This document shows positions 21,616 through 33,106 of a stretch of 36,943 nucleotides of DNA, piece after piece. This stretch comes from Parasitella parasitica NRRL 2501. Lineage: Eukaryota; Fungi; Mucoromycota. Under the pieces are notes generated by a model. The model had not been told where the DNA came from. It worked only from the letters and a program-made list of their open reading frames with translations, and did no database searches. The first letter of the stretch is position 1, and each line of letters opens with the position of its first letter. A program made the position numbers and the translations under genes. The DNA lies in assembly GCA_025201805.1 (NCBI GenBank), contig MU619430.1:1-36943 (forward strand), given 5' to 3'.

Positions 21616-24600
21616 ATGAACGGGTAAGCTTTCTCGTTGAGTGCAGCACTGGCAAACAGTTTGGACTAACATGCCGCTCTAGTGCGCACCTCGATTTACG
21701 ATCCAAAATTCTGATAGGTCTGGCTGAGGTCTTGGCTGATTCTCGAGCAAAGGCGTCAACAGAAGAGATCGAAAAGCTAATCAGTAAATGTCCGGCCGTC
21801 CCGATCGATAGCGAGATTACTGAAATCATGACGAGGCATGATGCCCCTGGATTGGGTATCATGGTAAATACATATATATATATATATATATTTACATGCA
21901 GCTAATTTTGTAGTGCGAATGCCATGCCTTGTACTAATCATCTCTCTTGATCCCGTCGATCCTATGTGTAGACTAGCAGATGTCAGCAAACAATAGCCGC
22001 TGTTGTCAAATATGCAGTGAAAGCAAACAGCGAGAGACAATTGGAACTGCTGCCTCGATTATTAGCCTATGTCCGACACTTGCCTGCCTATCAATGGGCT
22101 GCTGTCAATCTAACAGGCCCTCCACCCTCAGATGCCATCACATACACTTTGTTTGCTGGTTTGCTGGAGATTGGCGACAAGTGTCCTGAAAAATACGACG
22201 AAATCATACAAACGTTGTGGAAGTACGCTGCGTTTATTATTCAGCTCCTGTCAGAAAACGGTTAGTTATGGTATTGCTGTCTATGCTGAGAATGTTGTCT
22301 AATGGCATGTCTCTAGTCGAATTCACTGTTACATTTATCTTGCCCTCTTTAGCAGGACTTTCCAGAGCACTTCAGCTATCGCCATATCTTTACAGACCCA
22401 ATCAGTTGCTTGCTCTCTGCCAGAACACTCAGCCCCTCATCCGAGACGACACATTGGATTTGATTCGCATTTCAATCGACAGTTGTCTTCGAGACGCCGA
22501 AGGAACGGCTTACAGTCGTTGTGTGCTGGCTCGCTATTGGGAGGATGGGATCCCGTTGAGCAGCAACCGAGTGATCCATGATCTACTGATTGTGTTCAGA
22601 AATGTGCTGGCTCGGGTTCTTGTCCACATGCAGCCAACTAAAGACACGGCCACACCCCTCATAGTATCTCAAGACAGACTCTGCAAACTGTATTTACCCC
22701 AGGATATTGAAGGAATATGGCTCGCCTTGATGCAGCAACCAGTTAAACATGAGCACGAGCCTTTGTTAACAAAGAGTCTTGGACAGGTGTACTCTATGAG
22801 CTTGGAATACTTTGAGGATATTCGCAAATTCGCTGAAAAGAGTGTTCAGGAAGGTAGGGAATGGGCTCCTGATGCTTACATGCAAGAGATTATGGGAACC
22901 AGTTTGGTAAGATATCATATACATGTCATGCATGATAGAAACAGCGGCCAACCTTTCTTTTTCCTTTTCGCTACGATAGCATGTAGCTTCCTTGATATCC
23001 ATCTACTTGAGCCAAGTAGACGATTCGCTCGTTGACCATATTACTGAGTGTTTGTTTCATGTGCCACATTTGGCCGATTCCTGGGTTCATATTGCCTCAC
23101 TAGATGCTGCTGTGCTACTTGCCATCAAGTATGTTAATGATGCAAAACCTTGCACAATTGGCAGAATATTGTATTAACACCCTCCCCACCCTCACCCCCT
23201 ACCCCGTCTAGTTTCTCGAGACTGAATCATCCAATGACAAACACCATCTGCAGATTTTTGGCTACACCTTCTCTTGTCTTTGACCTTCCGACTGAAAAGC
23301 TGGAAGAGTCTGTTAATGTTCAACAATTCGCTATTGTGAGATTGGCTCAATGTGTGCAGGTAAAGCCATATTGTCGCAAATAACTGCATCCATGTACTCA
23401 TGTGTGCAATACAGACCAAGCCTGACGCCCAAGTTACTCAAGCTGCGATATCTACCGTATACGCCCTTCTGAATGAGATTACACGCTACACAGGTATTGA
23501 GTCTGGATCCGTGGATAAGGCTCCCATGAACAGCCGTAGCGCAATCGCGGGTGCTCCTGCCCTGGAACAGCTCAGCGAGAAGCAAAAGCAACAAGTATGT
23601 GCAAATGTTTTATCTGCAATTGTTGGTGTCGCTGTTTATCTCAGAGACGACAATGTAAGTGTATAGAAATCTGCAAGCCATCCTGCTTCTAATCGAGACT
23701 CTAGATTATCTCTCAAGCGTTCTCTATGCTCTCCCTTCGTCGCAAGGCATTATCCCCCTCTGCAACTGCATCATTAACAATGAGGTTGGTCGATCTGGCT
23801 CTTGTCAGCTCCAAAGACACCTTTTCGGAAATCATTCATTTGTTGTCAACACTCAGTAAAGAATCCATCCACAGTGAGAACAGCATGCTCAATACATCGG
23901 TAAGTCATATGTTGCTTCCATGCCCTCATCCTAGCCCTAACTGGGTGTCTGTTTCGCTTTCAGATCTTGGCAGCTCAATTGAGCTTAGCTCGACGTTTGA
24001 AAGATCGTCCAGAACACTACCCGCTGTATCTCAACAGCCTTTTGGTATTGTTCATTGAAAACGGTAACTCTATCCAAGGCACCATGAAAAAACACAAAAC
24101 GGAAAACGAATACCCGATGGCTCAGAAACTGGGCCATCTTCTGCCAGTGATCAGTGCTCTTTTAGAACAAGAGGACTTTAATCCACATCATCAGCCTAGC
24201 GAAGACATGGTCTCTCTTTTCAGAAACATGTGGTTCCATTGCGTCCTTTTTGGCTTTGTCACCGAACCTATGTGGATCCGCGAATGGCATCCCTCCATGC
24301 TGCGAATAGCCAAAAAGACGCCCGTATTAGTGATCGAAAGCACCACCAACTATCTGGAAAGCGATTTAGAACATAACTCTATCTTGCGCGCTAGCAATCA
24401 CCACAATTTGTTGCAGATACGCCAGAAACTAACCAACGTTTTGCCTAGCTTGACATACGATATCAAAAACTACTCGTTTGCTCAGGTCATTTTTGCACTG
24501 AGCGTCTATCACGTAGAGATGATGAGGAGTAGTATGGGCGACTGCTCGCATATGCTACGTTATTTCATGAACGACGGTGTCAATGCAAGCTCTCTGATCA

Positions 24601-27600
24601 GCTGTCTTGAAACTATCTTTGACCGCGTATCTCATGCATTTGTTAAAGACGCTTCCGTAAAGGCTCTCAGCCAGAATTTGGATCAGCATCTACAAAGCCA
24701 GACTGCTGCTCTTTTGGAACTGTGTTGCCACAAGAGAAAAAAAGTACATTTGATGGCCATAAAGGCCGTTGAGCGCATCGTTGCGTCGTTTGCGCAGGTG
24801 TTTACAGATGGGACTCTGGTTACATTGTTGTTAGAATTGGTGCAACTTGCATGGTTGAGCTGTGAAGCTGAGTATCGCGATGAGGCAAGTGTTTTCTGAG
24901 ACATATGCAAAAAAAAAAAAAACATGTAAATAACCTTTTGGTTTAATAGTATTCTCCCGTCTTCCATTTTTCGTCTGCTAGGGTCGGTGTCACCATCGAA
25001 TTGGGCGACTCATACTCTTACCGTCGAGAAATGTGTACTCATATCTACGAAAGTGCTCGCAAATGGCTTCAAGTCGCCGTTGCAAGAGCCCCCATCGAAG
25101 TCTCTGGGCTATTACAAGATTATTTAGCCGAGTTCAGCAGATTCGATAGCCGTGGGTCGGCCGACAATGTACACATGGGCCGTTCTTTGGCTCTTGAAAT
25201 GGGGAAATCCAGCTCCAAGAATGAGCTGTCGATAGGTAAGATGTTGGGACAGCATTGGTGCAATATTGCATTTTCTAACGGATCGTGTGTACACAGATTT
25301 CGTGCCCAAAGTGCCTTCCCTGTTCCCTGATGAGTCTTCCAACTTTATGGGCAGCTTTAGATCAAGACAATTCTACTCGGGTGAGATTAGCGGTATGGAA
25401 TTCTTGATTGGGCTCCGCGCTCAAGCTGCCGATCCCCAGTCAGGCAGCGAACTATCAGACCAGATTCCGTTTGTTTTGGAAGCGCTTACTAGTCTCTCTC
25501 AGGACATCAAAGATCGCAAAACTGTGTCTGTTGAGCGTCTTTATAGAGTAATGCATCGATCTGCTGGCTTTGCAGTTGCCTTGCCTGCAATCAATGTGGA
25601 TATCATTCGACATCTGGTTCATATCCCTGTTCTCATGTTTACTCCCGAGTCACTAGAGATTGGAACCACCGTTTGGAACTGGATTCTAGTTGAAAGCCCC
25701 AAAGTAGAAAACAAATTGATGATAGAGATGATGGGCATGTGGGGCTGGGCTCAGCGTCACCGTAAGGGCCTCTTCTCTCCCCTTATCAAGTAAGTGCATT
25801 TAAAATCAACACAATGCTACATGTGCTGAATGCTAATCGTGTATTGAATAGTGCCAAACATCCATTTGTTAGCAAAATGACTTATACTCCCTCCGACAAG
25901 GCCATCAGTGATAGTAACCACCGCATTGCCACCTTCTTGTTCACGCCACATATTACTTGGATCAAGTTCTTGAGCTGCCGTTTTTACGCTATCCGACATA
26001 GAAGCAAGCATCTGGTCAACATGTTCATCCGTCTATTACAAGACTCTTTTCAAAACGCGGACAAAATGAGCACCCACTCCCTGGCGCGTTATGCCCGTTT
26101 CTCTCTGCTCCGTTTGGGGTTAAAGATTTTACAATCAGCAAGGCTGGAGGCCCTAGCTGAATACAAGCTTCGTTTGTTGGTCTACGATGCTGCCTTCAAT
26201 TGGTTCACTCAAAGCCCCAAATGGCATTACGGTGCAAGAAAGAGCTTGGCACTAATGGAGCTCAAAATGATGGCAGACTTTTACAACGCTGTGCTTAATG
26301 ACAGCCCATCTTTGAGCTATCTGGTCACTTGCAGCTCGATTAAGAGTGCCAATCCCAAGGTTGTTGCTGGCCATTACATGTTCCTGAAGAATGAAACCAA
26401 GGACGATGTTATAAAGCACCACAAACGTGCTCACAAGTTGCTACTGCTGTTTCTTGAAAGCGAGTGGACCAAGCTTTCAGTATGGTGTAATCCCCTTAAC
26501 GCAGCTGAATCGGGCAATCCTGTCGCCTTTAGGGGAAGCACGGAGCGCTCCATGGTGACTGACGTAAGTAGTCGAGTCTGCATGTACAATGTCTTGTAAA
26601 TAACTTTAATATCTTAGGAATCTTGGAAGGAAATCGTTCGCTTTGCGTGGACTGTTTCGCCCAAACTAGCTGTACAAATGGACGCTCGGTTTGTTCAGCC
26701 CGCTGTGCGAAAGGAGTTGCATAGAATGATTGCCAACAACTCGCTTGACGTGGTTGATGTACCTGAGGCGCTTGTTATCTTGCTGGGTGATGGTGTCTCG
26801 TCATCTACCAAGTTGGATTTAAAGTATCTCCAATACTGGGCACCCGTACCTGCCATCACCGCAGCTAGCTACTTTTTGCCTGCGTATGGAAATCACCCGC
26901 TCATTTTGCAGTATGCCATGCGCAGTTTAAGGTATCATCCTATCGACACTGTCTTTTTCTACATACCACAAATTGTGCAGGCACTGCGCTACGATTCATT
27001 GGGATATGTAGAGAAATATATTCTCGAAGCGGCTGCCACATCTCAACTCTTTGCTCACCAGATTATATGGAATATGAAGGCCAACTTTTTCGTGGATGCT
27101 GATAAAGATTGCGTGAAACCTGACATCCTCAAGCCTACTCTGGAAAAGATTATCAAGAAAATGGTTGCCTCCTTCACTGGTGAAGACCGTGCATTTTATG
27201 AAAGAGAGTTCAAGTTCTTTGGTGAAGTTACAGCCATTTCAGGCCACCTTAAAGAGTATATCAAACATGGTCAAAATGAAAAGAAGCCTCTTCAAAAGGT
27301 GAGTGATCCGTGTTAAAAAAAAACACGCCTTCCTCATATGTAGCTAAAGGCATCCATTAGAAACGTCTTGACCAAGAGCTTGCCAAAATCAGCGTTGATA
27401 TTGGTGTCTATCTGCCCAGTAATCCCGATGGCCATGTAGTTGACATTAATCGTAATTCAGGACGCCCTCTGCAAAGCCATGCCAAAGCACCGTTCATGGC
27501 CACTTTTTTGATCGAGAAGAAGGCAGAGAATTTGAATGAAATACAGAGTAAATTAATCAAGCCTTCCGATGAAAGCGAGGATTGCAAGCGCACAACGCAA

Positions 27601-28383
27601 ATCTGGCAAGGTGCTATCTTCAAGGTCGGCGATGACTGTCGCCAGGATGTACTGGCTCTGCAGTTGATTGCTGTATTCAAGAATATCTTTACAAGCATTG
27701 GTCTGGATTTATACGTCAATCCCTATCGTGTTGTAGCTACTGCGCCTGGCCGTGGTGTCATTGATGTTATCCCTCGTTCTATTTCGCGAGATCAGCTTGG
27801 CCGTGAAAAGGTAAACAGCTTGTACGACTACTTTGTGGCTAAATACGGCGGGCCAGAATCAATTCATTTCCAACGTGCTCGTACCAACTTTGTTCAAAGC
27901 GTCGCAGCGTACTCTGTCATCTCTTATTTGCTCCAAATCAAGGATCGGCATAATGGTAACATCATGTTGGACGATGATGGTCATATTATCCATATCGATT
28001 TTGGCTTTATTTTTGATATCGCGCCTGGAGGTATTGGCTTTGAAAGCTCGCCTTTCAAACTGACGGCTGAAATGATTCAGGTGATGGGAGGCGGATCAGA
28101 AGAACAAGCGTTTAAACAGTTCTCTGAGCTTGTTATCAAAGCCTATTTAGCATCTCGCCCTTATGCTGAATTGATTATGCAATTGGTTTCCTTGATGCTG
28201 CAATCTGGCTTACCCTGTTTCAAGGGAGAAACAATCAAGAGGATGCGTACTCGTTTCCAACTCGATAAAACTGACCGCGCGGCTGCTGATTTTATGCTGA
28301 TGAGAATCAAGGATTCTTTTGCAAATCAGCGCACAGTTTTGTACGATTACTTCCAGAAATTGACTAATGGCATTCCATATTAG
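21616..28383 (+). CDS. STT4: Phosphatidylinositol 4-kinase type III alpha
   Basis: 14 exons, with an 8-nt first coding exon 21616-21623 and a GC-AG intron at 24885-24949. LFRNMWF, helical domain FFYIPQIVQALRYD...LFAHQIIWNMKAN, PLQSHAKAPF, IFKVGDDCRQD, IKDRHNGN, HIDFGF, C-terminal LTNGIPY. Confidence 0.96.
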
Positions 28384-28520
28384 AACTAAATATTTACAAA
28401 ACCGCTGTGCTGTTGATGAATAAACATGAAATGCACACTCTAAACTTGACAATCTACTGTCGTGTAAAATGAGCTCATTTATTTTTGCTATTGAATCGTC
28501 CTTAATTACATTCAAATCTA

Positions 28521-29724
28521 CTAGGTTCTCGATCCACTTCGTCTGCCGTCTCTCGATCTTGATCTTGACTTTGATCTGGATCTATAGCGATCTCTTTTTC
28601 TATAACCTGGGCTGACACTTCTTTTACGACTTCTATATCTATCTCTACTATCGTCTCGGCGGCGGCCACGACTATTGCGACGGCGCTCGTAGTCATCTAA
28701 ATCGTCTCGGTCGTTTCTACGATATCTGTTTCTGGAGGGGCTCCTTGATCCGCTTCTGTAGCGTCTATTGCTACTGCCACGGTCGCGAGAATAATGTCTG
28801 TCGTCCTGGTCTCTTTCATCACGAGAACTTCTGCCACTGTAATTTCTTAATTCAGCAAATTGTCGGCGTAATTCTCCGGTTCACCTACCCTGAAGACTTT
28901 CTCTTTTCCAAGTCGTAATCCTTCAGCTTTTTCTCGAGGTCTCTAGCAATAGGAACAGGAATACGAGGAAGCATGGTGTTTTGGAATTTCTGTTCAGTAA
29001 TCAGCATACGACATAGCTTTCCAATGGTGATCTTGGTTGGATTCACGCCACTAGTGATTGTAATTTCTTCTTCGTCTTCCAAATAATATTGAAACCAATC
29101 CCACAGATGACTTGGTGCACAGACATATCTTAAATATAAGAATCCAATGGCACGAATGTAACTAGTTAATGTTCCTCGGTAAGTTGATCCATAAAAATAA
29201 AAGAAAGAAAAAAAAAGCAAACCGACACTTACGGTGAATCGACATGATCAATCATATTCTCAATTTGCTTCACTGTCAATCTCAAGGTCCACATTTTGAA
29301 CAAGCAGCAGAAGGCTGTTGAAGGTTGAGTGCCTTTGACAAAAGGAGCTATTGGCGTGGAAGATTAGTTTATATCTGTGCAAAGTAAGTTGACAACAGAC
29401 GTACTCACATAATACATATACTATATAAAAAAGATGCCGAAAACAATGTTAATTATGGACACCAATAACAAACTGCATCCCTCTTGTTTTACCTTCATTA
29501 TATATCTCATCGACTATCTCATGAAAGGTCTTTTTGTTGCTAACGTTGATGGGAAGTTTTTAGAATACGCGCTAAGAAATGAAAGTAATTTATTTTAATG
29601 GCACCTACTACAGGGATCGAAAGTAAGGTGAGGACAGAATGTTTTGATAGATGATGGCATTCAAATTCATCGTAGCTTCATTCCCCCACGTTTCGAGTGT
29701 GTTGTTTGCTTTCTTGTTGCTCAT
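28521..29724 (-). CDS. PRPF38B: Pre-mRNA splicing factor PRP38B-like (PRP38 domain plus RS/RD tail)
   Basis: Exons 29724-29609, 29539-29493, 29420-29409 (12 nt), 29347-29233, 29161-28889, 28836-28521. WGNEATMNLN...ILSSPYF, PSTAFCCLFKMWTLRLT, DSPYIRAIGFLYLRY, TMLPRIPVPI, then RSRSKSRSRSR. Confidence 0.92.
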
Positions 29725-29892
29725 ATCTAGATGGTAAAGTCAAAAAAAGAAGAAAGAAAAAGTTTCAATCTAGCCATCTTGTTCGTTTTTAAACTACCCG
29801 CACTAGCTATTATATAAGCAATCTTTTTTTTTGGTTCACAGACTAGGGCCTTATTTCGTTTGACTTGGCTATCAAACCAACACTTGACACTA
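29725..29892. promoter_or_regulatory. Probable bidirectional promoter between PRP38B and the SET gene
   Basis: Only 168 bp separate two divergent ATGs; the interval contains TATATAA and T/A tracts. Confidence 0.55.
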
Positions 29893-31224
29893 ATGGAAGA
29901 ATTCTTGATATGGGCAAAAGAGCAAGGTATTGTGTCAAATGCAAGTGTCAAAAAGACACCATATGCCGGCTATGGGCTGTTTGCCACCAAAGATACATGT
30001 AGCAATCCTATCCGTGTTCCCTTCAATGCATTGTTGTCATCTCAAAAGGCTACCCAGATAGGCCCTTTCGCGGAAACTCTCCGGATATTGTACAAATTAG
30101 ATAGTCTCAAGGAAATTTCGCATACGTATGAAAAGCAAGTGTTATGCTTATTTCTCATCTACTGTAAATTCTTTGGTGAAACAACCGAATGGAAGCCGTA
30201 CGTAGAAATCTTACCCAGCATTGAGTTCTTTCAGCAAAACCACCCTTTATTCAACCTGCATTATTTGCAGGGAACCAGCCTTGAGCAATCCATTCGAGCA
30301 AAACTCAACAACTTGAGGCAAGAGCTGGAAATAGTCAATCAAGCAAACAGTAACTGGCTCTCCAAGATTGACATTGATATGTACACATGGGCCGATTGTG
30401 TTTTTTGGTCCCGTGTGGTGGGCATAGGCGGCGCTGCTGACGATGGAGCTCCTGTGGCAACATCAAACATGGCCTTGGTCCCGTATTTTGACCTTGCAAA
30501 TCACTCTGTTGACTCACCAAACATGAGATGGCAACCTACTCTTGAAGGCGACATAGATCTTGTTACATCCCCTGACATGGTAAAAGAGGGCGATGAACTG
30601 CTCCTGTCTTATGGATCAAAACCTAACCAAGAGTTACTGTTCCTACATGGCTTTTGCGCTGAAAACAACCCCAATGATTCATACTTTACACTCCCCGTCT
30701 TTCCTTTCTTGAATCCCGAAGTCGACCCGTTAAATGTGCCCAAAATTCGCTGGCTAAAACATGTCGGTGGAAAGCCTAACTTGACTCTATCAAAATCAAG
30801 CAACAATACGGACCTTATGGACATTGGATGGACGTACAATTCCATTATCATCATGTATCTTGTAGTAATGGATGAAGATGACGGTATTCAATTTAACTTG
30901 GAAGAAGAAGAAAATGTCGAACTACGCATAAAAGACAAGAAAATTGCAACATTAGAAGCACTGGAACAGATGGCGAACGAAATGCACCTTTTGCCAGTGA
31001 TCCAACTTAGGGTCATCATGTTACTGATGGATGCACTTCAGTGTCATTATTCAATGAATACAGGGCATGCTATATTTGACGAGACTCCCATTGCAAAACA
31101 AGCCTTGATATACAGAAACGAGGAAAAGGAACTATTAGAATCAGCATTACAAACTCTGTCGGAACTATCTGATGAATTCATGAAGAATAAGACTGTCATC
31201 AAGTATCTCGAAAACGCTCAATAA
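29893..31224 (+). CDS. SET-domain protein lysine methyltransferase, Rubisco-LSMT/Rkm/Efm-like class; intronless
   Basis: FLIWAKEQG, GYGLFAT, WKPYVEILP, WADCVFWSR, ALVPYFDLANHS, EGDELLLSYGSKPNQELLFLHGF. Confidence 0.88.
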   Translation: MEEFLIWAKEQGIVSNASVKKTPYAGYGLFATKDTCSNPIRVPFNALLSSQKATQIGPFAETLRILYKLDSLKEISHTYEKQVLCLFLIYCKFFGETTEWKPYVEILPSIEFFQQNHPLFNLHYLQGTSLEQSIRAKLNNLRQELEIVNQANSNWLSKIDIDMYTWADCVFWSRVVGIGGAADDGAPVATSNMALVPYFDLANHSVDSPNMRWQPTLEGDIDLVTSPDMVKEGDELLLSYGSKPNQELLFLHGFCAENNPNDSYFTLPVFPFLNPEVDPLNVPKIRWLKHVGGKPNLTLSKSSNNTDLMDIGWTYNSIIIMYLVVMDEDDGIQFNLEEEENVELRIKDKKIATLEALEQMANEMHLLPVIQLRVIMLLMDALQCHYSMNTGHAIFDETPIAKQALIYRNEEKELLESALQTLSELSDEFMKNKTVIKYLENAQ

Positions 31225-31389
31225 AGAAAACAAGGTTCTTTTGCAAAGTCTATTAAAAAAAACAAACTAGATATATAGATTATATAGGAGGTCGTAATAG
31301 TAAAAAAAGGGGGGGGGGGTGGTACTGAGATTAAGAAATAGTAAATATGAGGGCAGAGGTAATAGGTTAGGGAAATAGTATTATATAGT

Positions 31390-33106
31390 TTATCGACATT
31401 GCCAGAGCTTGATTTTTTGATCTACACTGCCAGTTGCTACTACCGGGCCTATGGGACAATAAGCCATACACGTAACAAAATGAGAGTGCGCGTCTAGAGT
31501 TTTTGTGCATCTGCCTGTCTTCAAATCCCAAATTTTAACTGTTTTATCGTCGGATGCACTGAGTAAATATTTGCCTATCGGGTGAACAACTAATCCTCTA
31601 ATCCAATTATCATGGCCAACCAAGGTGTGCAGTAATTGTCCATTTGCAGTCCATAATTTGATCGTTTTATCTCTAGATCCTGTAATGATATATTGACCGG
31701 GCAACTGATCTTTTTGCTTATTCTATGACGAAAATGAATAAATGTCCCTGAAATGTTTGATCCTCAGCAAATAAATACCTCATCTCCTATTAGCTCTTGG
31801 ATATACGGGTATGATAAAATGGGCGCGAAAATAGCACACTCTACAACATGATCATGGTCTCTGAATTCCATTTTTGTTTCTCCTGATTGAATGTCCCAAA
31901 GTCTGGCAGTCTAATATCGTCGATTTAATATATATATGCTAGTGATTCTAGCTGATATATTAACCTACTTGATCATTGGAAGCTGTAATCAAATATCTTC
32001 CATCTTCACTTGGTGATACTGATCTGACCCAATCTAAATGTCCACTTAATGTTTTCGTGCAATACCTAATGATGTATCAATTTCTACCCGTAAAAATAAT
32101 GTGTGCAATTTACGAGTTCCTACCCTGATAAAGCATCCCAGAGCTTGATGGTTTTATCACGCGAGGATGATATGATGATATCGCCCGAAGGTAAATAGTC
32201 AACCGAAGATACACTGTGATCATGACCATACAAAGTTTTGACACACTTGTAGTCGTTATTAACATCCCATACTTTAATGGTGAGATCAGCTGAACAAGAT
32301 ACTAAAATATATATATATATATATATAAAGTAAATAAACCTATTCTGAATGTAAATAATCCAACTAACTTTACCCAGGAAATTGCCCTTTGGGTCAAAGG
32401 CTACATCTTGTACTGCTTTTGTATGCCCCTTTAAGGTACGTTCAAATTCGCCTGATTCATAGTCCCAAATCTTGATTGTTGTGTCTTCTGAAGATGAGGC
32501 CAATATCTGATAAACCGGATGGAAAACCACACGAGTAATGGGGCTCCTATGACCTGTCATGCTCTGTACTTCAGGGGGACGAGGGATCCAATCGACAGAA
32601 CTTGTTTGTTTCCTGATAGGTGCATTGTTGATTTCTTCCTGCATTTGCGCTGATTTTGTCTCTAATTCCATAATCTTTTTTTTTTTTTTTTGTTTTTTGT
32701 TTTTTTTTTGGGCAGCAGTAAATATCATTTTTTCAATCAGCTTAATACCAAGGCAATACCTTTTTCTGCAATCGTATGACAGAAGTCCATTTTTTCTCCA
32801 ACAAGCCCGAATATTTTTGCTTTGGGTCAGATGTGAAGTCTTCGTTTTGTGTTTCAGATTTCAAAGAGTTGAAAGATTCCGTAAAGCCACTCGCGTTTAG
32901 ATAATCTAAAATCGCCTTATGTCTAGGAAAGAGAAAAAGTTAAAATATTGAGAGTTTGACATTAAAAAAAGGGGGAAAAAAAAGGGGGGGGGGAAGAATT
33001 TGTGGTAAGCCAACTTGAACATTTGGGGAACCAAAGTCAATACAAAAAAGAGGGGAAAGAACACTTACAGTTCGTCTTTCTGACGGTCAGAAAGAATACT
33101 GGTCAT
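31390..33106 (-). CDS. nudF: LIS1/NudF/Pac1 dynein regulator (LisH, coiled coil, WD40 repeats)
   Basis: 7 exons. [75 protein letters not shown], ending [15 protein letters not shown]. Confidence 0.96.
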
